Origin: a virus
IMG/VR virus record: IMGVR_UViG_3300042731_006881
Location: 25,748 to 89,747 of that record
Length of the DNA: 64,000 bases
Direction: 5' to 3' (one strand)
Shown here: piece by piece, positions 57,781 through 64,000 of the stretch
Layout: every line of letters begins with the position of its first letter
How positions within the stretch are numbered: the stretch's first letter is position 1
The notes under the pieces: model-generated
The model's database searches: none
What the model was told of the DNA's origin: nothing
The model's input: the letters and a program-made list of their open reading frames with translations, nothing else
Made by a program: the position numbers and the translations under genes

Positions 57781-58268
57781 AAACGATATTCGAAAAAGTC
57801 TCCGCAGCGCTAACGGCGCTGACGCTAGGCGACGATCCAACGCAACTCCTGCGAGAGGCGTTGTGCGAGATGGCCCCCGCTGTGGAGCGTGAGATCGCGC
57901 TACTCGCCGAGATCGAACGAATGCGATTGGAACGCGACCGCATGCAGTCGGAGCTCGAAGAGCGCGACCGCCGTCACGAAACCCTGCGCGCAGAGCGTGA
58001 CGAACAACGACGCAAATGCGCCGAGCTCGCCAGCAGCATGGCGTTCGTTCAACGCCGCGCTGCTCAGCGAGAGGAGAGAGCCGCTCAAATGCGAGAACGC
58101 TGGCTAGCGGCGTGCCCGCCAGCTCGCCTGGTGCAGGTTCCGGTCTTCGTTGGCCCGGGCACCGAGATCGAAGTTCGGCGTCTCGGAAGAGAGCGCGATG
58201 CGCTTCTGGACGAGATTTCAGACTTGCGCCATGCGCGCCGTGAAGAGGAGCAAACATGCGTGAAATAG
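57777..58268 (+). CDS. Coiled-coil hypothetical protein
   Basis: ATGA-coupled to the previous gene. Confidence 0.5.
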   Translation: MKTIFEKVSAALTALTLGDDPTQLLREALCEMAPAVEREIALLAEIERMRLERDRMQSELEERDRRHETLRAERDEQRRKCAELASSMAFVQRRAAQREERAAQMRERWLAACPPARLVQVPVFVGPGTEIEVRRLGRERDALLDEISDLRHARREEEQTCVK

Positions 58269-58747
58269 GGCCCTACGCCACTCTCGTTGATGATGAAGGC
58301 TACCCCCGCCCCGAGAGCTTGGACGAGGGGGTCGCACTCTACCCAGACGAGCCGTGCTGCGATGTGAGTCTCCTCACGCAGTACGGGCTGTGGGGGCACG
58401 GACAGTTCCGGTTCGCGTCGGAGGGATGGTATATCCGTACCGACATGCCGTACTTCCCGCTGGTCCTCGCCTGGGGCATCCGCCCCGGGGCGACGGACGA
58501 CGAGAGAACTGTGTACGCCGCGGACTACTCGGTTCCGCGGGTTAGCGAGTCGGCTTTTGCCGACCATGAGTACGCAATCAGATACGGTCGTGGCCGGTAC
58601 TCCGGAGGCGCGATGCACTACAGAGCGGCGGATCGTTGTGCGTTGTGCGCCGACGACTCGGCTTTGCGCCGAGCAATCGCCCTGGAGCAACAGACGAGGC
58701 AGAAATACGGACTTCCGAGCATCTATGCCCCAGACACAGTGGGATGA
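58256..58747 (+). CDS. Hypothetical protein
   Basis: RBS GAGGAG. Confidence 0.5.
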   Translation: MREIGPYATLVDDEGYPRPESLDEGVALYPDEPCCDVSLLTQYGLWGHGQFRFASEGWYIRTDMPYFPLVLAWGIRPGATDDERTVYAADYSVPRVSESAFADHEYAIRYGRGRYSGGAMHYRAADRCALCADDSALRRAIALEQQTRQKYGLPSIYAPDTVG

Positions 58748-58812
58748 GTCACGTAAACGTTTTTTGGATGTAGCTAGCAATGTGGAATATATACGTTGGT
58801 ATCGCGCTCGTC

Positions 58813-59937
58813 ATGGAATCGTCATGCATGTCTCCCAGCACCATGCTTCGGACGGCAGGCAGCGGATCACTCTCCGCCGCCGAGATCTACGATCGGCTTC
58901 AGCACGGGCCGGTCGAGGTTGAAGCCTACGACCCGCTATCCCGCGACCCGCTGATGGTCGTTGGCGGGTGTCGAACGAGAGCCCCAGGCGTCCGCATCGA
59001 GTTTGCGGACGGCGCATCGGTTGAGCTTACGAACGGGCACGTCCTATTCGTCTCACAGGACGGTACAGACGACCTGTACCTCCGAGCCCAGGACGTTCGC
59101 GTTGGCGACGTCCTGTCGGACAAGACGGTTGTCTCCGTTCAACAGCTCGGCGAGATCGACGCCATCAGACTCTGGACTGACCGACCAGAGTGGCTCATCA
59201 CTGCCGACGGTGTTGTCATCGGCAGCCGTTGGCAGGAAATCATCTCCGCATGGGGGACATGCGGGATCGAGGTCGAGGACAACCGCGGCCACCGAATCAC
59301 GCGCCATGAGGTTGGTTTCGTTCACGCTCGGTCGCAGGAAATCTGGGATGCCGAGCGGGGTGAAGAGGATCCATATAATGTCCCGTGGGATCACTGGACG
59401 GAACTCGGGGACCGAGAGCACCGGTACCGAGCTTGGAAAGAATCCTCATTCTCGCTCAACACTGTGCACTGGACGGAGTTCATGTCCAGCGCAAAAGGAT
59501 CTGGCGATGGGCAGTTGGACACTGGTCCAGAGGTTGTGCCTGGCTCGGTCCGTGCGACGGGGCGCTGGATCAGAATGCAGGAGGTCACCGTGGACCGGTG
59601 GTCGGTCACGTTCGAAGACGACCGGTTCGCGGCCGCGGCCGACGTTCACACGCTGCCGCGCGAGGTTGCCGAGCAGTGGGTGTCCGAGGTGGCAGGCATG
59701 CCCGAATCCGTGTGGCGGAATTTGGTGCTCGAGTCCTGGGAGGACGCCACCGATATCCATTGGAGCATCATGCTCGACGAGGCGGACGCGGCACAGTTCG
59801 CGCTATGGCTTGAGTCGTGTCCACCGCATCCGTTCCAGCGGACTGTCGCGGCCGAGGTGGCGGATCGCCCGCGTTGGGTCGAAATTGCAGCAGAGTGCGG
59901 TGTCGAGGAGATGCAGGGCTCTCGAGCTGCCGCCTGA
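58813..59937 (+). CDS. Hint (intein-like) domain protein
   Basis: SSC-MSPSTML block A, VELTNGHVLF block B, LRAQDVRVGDVL, ITADGVVIGS end lacking His-Asn; start uncertain. Confidence 0.7.
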   Translation: MESSCMSPSTMLRTAGSGSLSAAEIYDRLQHGPVEVEAYDPLSRDPLMVVGGCRTRAPGVRIEFADGASVELTNGHVLFVSQDGTDDLYLRAQDVRVGDVLSDKTVVSVQQLGEIDAIRLWTDRPEWLITADGVVIGSRWQEIISAWGTCGIEVEDNRGHRITRHEVGFVHARSQEIWDAERGEEDPYNVPWDHWTELGDREHRYRAWKESSFSLNTVHWTEFMSSAKGSGDGQLDTGPEVVPGSVRATGRWIRMQEVTVDRWSVTFEDDRFAAAADVHTLPREVAEQWVSEVAGMPESVWRNLVLESWEDATDIHWSIMLDEADAAQFALWLESCPPHPFQRTVAAEVADRPRWVEIAAECGVEEMQGSRAAA

Positions 59938-59953
59938 TTGGGTACGAAATGAA

Positions 59954-60319
59954 ATGAGAATTCCAAAAAGAATAGATGGACCTTTCGCCACCCGTATTGA
60001 CGGAGCCTGGAAGAGCAGGCGCACACTGGACGCGGCGTGGAGAGCGATTTTAGATTATGCACGTTCCGGTGGTGGAAGTGGTGCTGTAGCGGTTGTTCGT
60101 GTCGATCGCGCCGGTGTTGGGACTCGCGTCGATCCTCCTGAAAGGAGGCCATACGGGAACCGATCCGGATCGACTCGCAGGCAGCGCTCTTTCGTTGTCC
60201 GCATGTCGGACAGCCAACTGGCTGCGCTTGACGCGGCCGCACAAGGAAACTCAATGAGTCGCGAGGCAGCCGTTCGTGCTGCTGTCGAGGAGTGGATATC
60301 ATCATGCAAAGATTCCTAG
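59954..60319 (+). CDS. Protein with C-terminal ribbon-helix-helix
   Basis: SFVVRMSDSQLAALDAAAQGNSMSREAAVRAAVEEW. Confidence 0.65.
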   Translation: MRIPKRIDGPFATRIDGAWKSRRTLDAAWRAILDYARSGGGSGAVAVVRVDRAGVGTRVDPPERRPYGNRSGSTRRQRSFVVRMSDSQLAALDAAAQGNSMSREAAVRAAVEEWISSCKDS

Positions 60320-60825
60320 TAGTCATGGAAGACGGAGTGGTGTGTTCAGCGCACACCAACCGCAGCGGTGATACGGTTGACGTGCGACCGCTGAAGGCCG
60401 TCTGGTGGAAGATGGTTGTCCGTGACGACTACGGTGCAGAGTGGCCGATTAGTGAGCGAGAAATCGCTCGCGAAGAGTGCAATCTAAATTGGGACCGTGT
60501 AACATATGAGGGGACCGTCGATGTCGATGGTGTCCCTCACGCAGTTGTTACTTACACGCGGAAAGAGGTCATCATCGGCTACGATAGAGAGCAGCGTACC
60601 GAAATCCTCGCTCGTGCGGTAGCGAGTCACCAGGAATCAACCACAGATGAGGCGCGATGGGAGGAATTCGTTGCAGATCCAAAATTAACAAATAAGGAAC
60701 GCGGGCGCTTTAAGCGGGTTCGAGGCAACGCCGCTAGATGGCTACTCGAGCGGCGCGGGTTCGCCTGGTCATATGAACGCGAGACTGCAGTCCGCGCTCT
60801 AGTCTGTAGATTGGGTGGAACATGA
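60304..60825 (+). CDS. Hypothetical protein coupled to the Cas12-like gene
   Basis: Stop codon overlaps the ATG at 60822. Confidence 0.55.
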   Translation: MQRFLVVMEDGVVCSAHTNRSGDTVDVRPLKAVWWKMVVRDDYGAEWPISEREIAREECNLNWDRVTYEGTVDVDGVPHAVVTYTRKEVIIGYDREQRTEILARAVASHQESTTDEARWEEFVADPKLTNKERGRFKRVRGNAARWLLERRGFAWSYERETAVRALVCRLGGT

Positions 60826-62780
60826 GCCCCCGTGTCTATTCATTCGGTTGTTCACCACTAGACACAGACTCTATGGAGTCTGTGCAGGGACAGATACAGG
60901 CCTACCACGACCACTACAATGGTCTGGTAGACATCGAGAACGCTCGACGTCTGGCATACGACGCGGCGCGAAGAAGTGCGGTCCCAGGTCTCGTTGAGGC
61001 AGAGGAAGAGATCGCTCCTCTCGAAGCTGAGCTTGCGGCAGCAACCGAAGCTGCAAACCTTGCCGCCCGCACCGGTAAAGGGCCTTCCCCGAAGCGCTGC
61101 CCCGAGGTTGCGCGAATCAAGAAAGCGCTGAAAGCACCGCGAGCACGTGCACGCTCCCTTCGAGCTACCGGCAACGAGATGCTGGCTCCGGGTCATGCCC
61201 GCAAAGAAGAGCTAGACTGCGCCAAGCGTGGAGTTGGAGCGGACGGGAAAAAGCTCGCCGTGGCTCCGAGGATAGCTGAGCGACTCAACGAAGAGGTGAC
61301 AGCTGAGCTTTTGGCTGACGATTCACTCAGCGAGTTCTATCGTGCCGTCGTGGCTCTCGAGGCTGATGCCTTGGCGAAGAGCAAAGCGCTGCGAGGGACA
61401 ACCGGGTGCACCGCCGGAACCTATCTCATGGCCGAGCGGGCATTTGATTCCGCTCGGAAGAAACGCGCGGCTGGACTCCTCCATCGACGCAGATGGGACG
61501 GCGGAGGGAAGGTTGCCGTACAGCTTCGCAAACTCTCTACAGAGGGGCTTTTCCAACAGGCGTCAACGATGCTCCAGGTAGATCGACTTCCATCGAATAC
61601 CTGGGATGATCGGGGGCGCCCCCGAAGAAAACCTAGAAAATACTGCGAAACGCGAGCACGCATTCGATGCGGCTCAGACGGACGCATGCCGGTCTGGGCT
61701 GAGCTTCGAGTCTGGATGCACCAGCCTCTCCCAGCAAATACGTCGATCACATGGGCGTGGCTTCAGGTGCGACGCCACGGAGGAGAGACAACGTACAGCC
61801 TCCAGTTGACACTCGATGGAGACCTGTCTAGGACTGCATCGGGACAGGGAGCATGTGCCATCGATTTCGGTTGGCGCCATATCCCAGACCACGGGCTGCG
61901 TGTCGGATTTCTCCGAGGAGAGGATGGGCATAGGCAAGAGCTGCTGATCCCAGAGCAGCTAGTAAAGAAGCTCGTGCATCCCGACGCGCTACGAAGCGTT
62001 ACGGACACTGTTTTTGCTGACGCCAAGTCGGCATTCCGCGACCTGATGGATGCGGACGACACTCCAGAATGGGTCCGCGAAGAGGGTCAGTACCACGCCC
62101 AGTGGAGGTCTCCTCGTAGGCTCGCCACGATCGTGTGGCGTCGCGTATCTGAAATCAAAAACTCCCAGTCGCTTTGGCACGACTGGGAGCGAGAAAGAAA
62201 GGCTTCAAGGATGGACCTCCTGGACACTCGAGAGGTGATCGAGTCGTGGCTGGCATCCAGAGGCGTTTCCGGGTCAGAGCTCACGTGGCTCTATCTCGAG
62301 TGGTGGCGCAAGAAAAACAAGCATATCTACATGTGGGAGTCATCTCTCCGACTGAAGGCTATCGCTGCTCGGAAAGAGATTTTCCGATGCTGGGCAAAGC
62401 AGATTGCTACTCGATACTCAGACGTCGTGTTGGAAGATTTCGATCTTCGCAACGTGTCCCGCCTTCGGGACGGAGCATCTGAACAGGAGAAGCGGGCAAA
62501 CCACTACAGAACCCTGGCGTGTGTTAGCACGCTCCGAGACGCGATATACAACGCATGCGGAAAGAGCCGCGTGCACAAAATCAACGCGGCGGGCTCAACG
62601 TACACATGCCACGTGTGTGGACATGACTGTCGAGATGACGATACATGGGCTCCAGAACGCAGCGTCACCCACGAGTGTGGCCAGTGCCGCACCGAGTGGG
62701 ATCAGGACGAAAATGCCAGTATCAATATGATCTCCTTCATGCGCGAGAGGTCCGGTGGTGACGCTGAACAAACTCGTTAA
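60822..62780 (+). CDS. cas12m: Type V-M (Cas12m-like) RuvC effector
   Basis: HRRRWDGGGKVAVQL, RIRCGSDGRMPVWAELRVWMHQPLP, AIDFGWR, QWRSPRRLA, VVLED, CHVC/CGQC, WDQDENA match the Cas12m/TnpB layout; array directly downstream. Confidence 0.85.
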   Translation: MSPRVYSFGCSPLDTDSMESVQGQIQAYHDHYNGLVDIENARRLAYDAARRSAVPGLVEAEEEIAPLEAELAAATEAANLAARTGKGPSPKRCPEVARIKKALKAPRARARSLRATGNEMLAPGHARKEELDCAKRGVGADGKKLAVAPRIAERLNEEVTAELLADDSLSEFYRAVVALEADALAKSKALRGTTGCTAGTYLMAERAFDSARKKRAAGLLHRRRWDGGGKVAVQLRKLSTEGLFQQASTMLQVDRLPSNTWDDRGRPRRKPRKYCETRARIRCGSDGRMPVWAELRVWMHQPLPANTSITWAWLQVRRHGGETTYSLQLTLDGDLSRTASGQGACAIDFGWRHIPDHGLRVGFLRGEDGHRQELLIPEQLVKKLVHPDALRSVTDTVFADAKSAFRDLMDADDTPEWVREEGQYHAQWRSPRRLATIVWRRVSEIKNSQSLWHDWERERKASRMDLLDTREVIESWLASRGVSGSELTWLYLEWWRKKNKHIYMWESSLRLKAIAARKEIFRCWAKQIATRYSDVVLEDFDLRNVSRLRDGASEQEKRANHYRTLACVSTLRDAIYNACGKSRVHKINAAGSTYTCHVCGHDCRDDDTWAPERSVTHECGQCRTEWDQDENASINMISFMRERSGGDAEQTR

Positions 62781-62785
62781 ACATC

Positions 62786-62840
62786 GCTTTGCGCATCGGT
62801 ACCAGGTCAGCTACAACTTGATCTGAACCGATCGCAAAGC
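62786..62840 (+). other. Long hairpin between the Cas12-like gene and the array
   Basis: GCTTTGCG/CGCAAAGC, ATCGGT/ACCGAT and CAGGTCA/TGATCTG stacked stems. Confidence 0.6.
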
Positions 62841-62881
62841 ACGCTTCATGTCATTGGAAACTTACCGTTTCTGATTGGGCG

Positions 62882-63544
62882 AATCTACGCCTTGCCCAGA
62901 GGCCTCGTGTCTGGGACCCTGGCCCCTGCTGAGTACGTGAACGATGACGTCAACATCCACGCCTTGCCCATAGGCCTCGTGTCTGGGACTGTGCGGGGCC
63001 GAAGTCACCCCGTGGGTACCGGTCGCATCCACGCCTTGCCCAGAGGCCTCGTGTCTGGGACCGTTAGCGCGCCATTGCCAGTCAGAGTGTTCGGACGACA
63101 GCAACGCCTTGCCCGGAGGCCTCGTGTCTGGGACCGTGCCGCCATCAACCTGTCGCTCAGCTCTCCCATCATCCTCATCCATGCCTTGCCTGGAGGCTTC
63201 GTTTCTGGGACCTGGCTCGGCCGTGTGTGATTGATGGCGATGACTCCATCCATGCCTTGCCCGGGGGCTTCATACCAGGGACCCGAACTGGTGGATGGAC
63301 ATCCATGCCTTGCCCAGAGGCCTCGTGTCTGGGACAGACCGGAACCAGTGTTGCCACGGACCTACACGATCATGCCTTGCTCGGGGGATTCGTTCCCGGG
63401 ACCAGTCCGGTTGTCAGCACTCTGAACGCCGCCACCGCGACAGCAACGCCTTGCCCGGAGGCCTCGTGTCTGGGACCCATCGCTTCGGCCCTCACGATCC
63501 ATTTCGATTCACCACGCCTTGCCCTGGGGCTTAGTGCCAGGGAC
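62882..63544 (+). CRISPR. CRISPR array, 10 repeats of 36 bp and 9 spacers
   Basis: Consensus CATCCACGCCTTGCCCAGAGGCCTCGTGTCTGGGAC starting at 62882, 62954, 63026, 63099, 63176, 63247, 63300, 63367, 63441 and 63509; spacers 36, 36, 37, 41, 35, 17, 31, 38 and 32 bp. Confidence 0.93.
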
Positions 63545-63564
63545 GTGGATAGAGTTCGCGTGTG

Positions 63565-63957
63565 TCACGGATTCTGAACCTCGAAAACGAGAGGGTGAGA
63601 GCGTGGCCAGAACAGAGCGTCTCCCATCTCCTGAGGGCCTAGACCGTCTGGCCAGCGAACGAAGTAGCGAGCACTGAACCTCCCAACCTCAAGCTGAGTG
63701 TCGAAGCTGGTTACGATGCGACCATCCTCCCCATCCGACGCGAACTCTACCCCGGCTGATGTCCAAGCATCTCCAGTCGTAGCGCGCTCCATGGATCGCG
63801 ACCATGCAATAGCGTCACCATCACGCACATCGAAGCGGATCTCTAGCGCTCCACTCAGGTCCACTGGAATCGATTCGCCTCCAGCAATGCGAGAAGTGAG
63901 CGTGTGGTGGAGGCGGTACGACCCTCCAACCACGATTCCGTCAATCGTCGAGATCAT
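63565..63957 (-). CDS. BppU-N-like virion protein (probable end of a late operon)
   Basis: PVDLSGA.EIRF...DG..GRIV...GRFSARYFVRWPDG Ig-like pattern; converges on the array. Confidence 0.5.
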   Translation of the reverse strand: MISTIDGIVVGGSYRLHHTLTSRIAGGESIPVDLSGALEIRFDVRDGDAIAWSRSMERATTGDAWTSAGVEFASDGEDGRIVTSFDTQLEVGRFSARYFVRWPDGLGPQEMGDALFWPRSHPLVFEVQNP

Positions 63958-64000
63958 TCTTCGTCGTCCTCCACCAGTAGGTCATATTCGTTGCCTGCAA

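Noticed and set aside
60822-62780. IS200/IS605 or IS607 element carrying TnpB
   Set aside because: No TnpA or serine recombinase nearby, the protein is longer than typical TnpB, and an array is adjacent
62862-63577. ORFs running through the array with repeated HALPRGLVSGT peptides
   Set aside because: They are translations of 36-bp repeats; spacer lengths shift the frame, and the variation preserves RNA pairing rather than protein

Overview
The window is most of a tailed (contractile-tail) phage or prophage genome; no integrase or host flank is visible. 1-13.7 kb (minus strand) holds tail, head and packaging genes. 13.8-34.5 kb (minus) holds replication and DNA-modification genes: an intein-split DnaB, a rep gene with iteron-like repeats, four DNA methyltransferases and an Arr-like ADP-ribosyltransferase. 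After a divergent promoter switch at ~34.55 kb, the plus-strand early region carries recombination genes, an HrpA-like DEAH helicase and two CRISPR-related modules. The first is a type IV-B-like csf1 / csf2 (with a probable Cas11 fusion) / csf3 effector, translationally coupled to ParB/IbrB, IbrA-type PAPS reductase, glycosyltransferase, GNAT and CysH-like genes. The second is a Cas12m-like RuvC protein with an apparently canonical D-E-D triad, followed by a 10-repeat array whose repeats vary in sequence but keep their hairpin. Three dispersed tRNA-like elements (acceptor stem plus T-arm, no anticodon arm) were also found, one with its own sigma70-type promoter. All protein calls come from motif recognition by eye; no database searches were run, and several small hypothetical ORFs are not listed.
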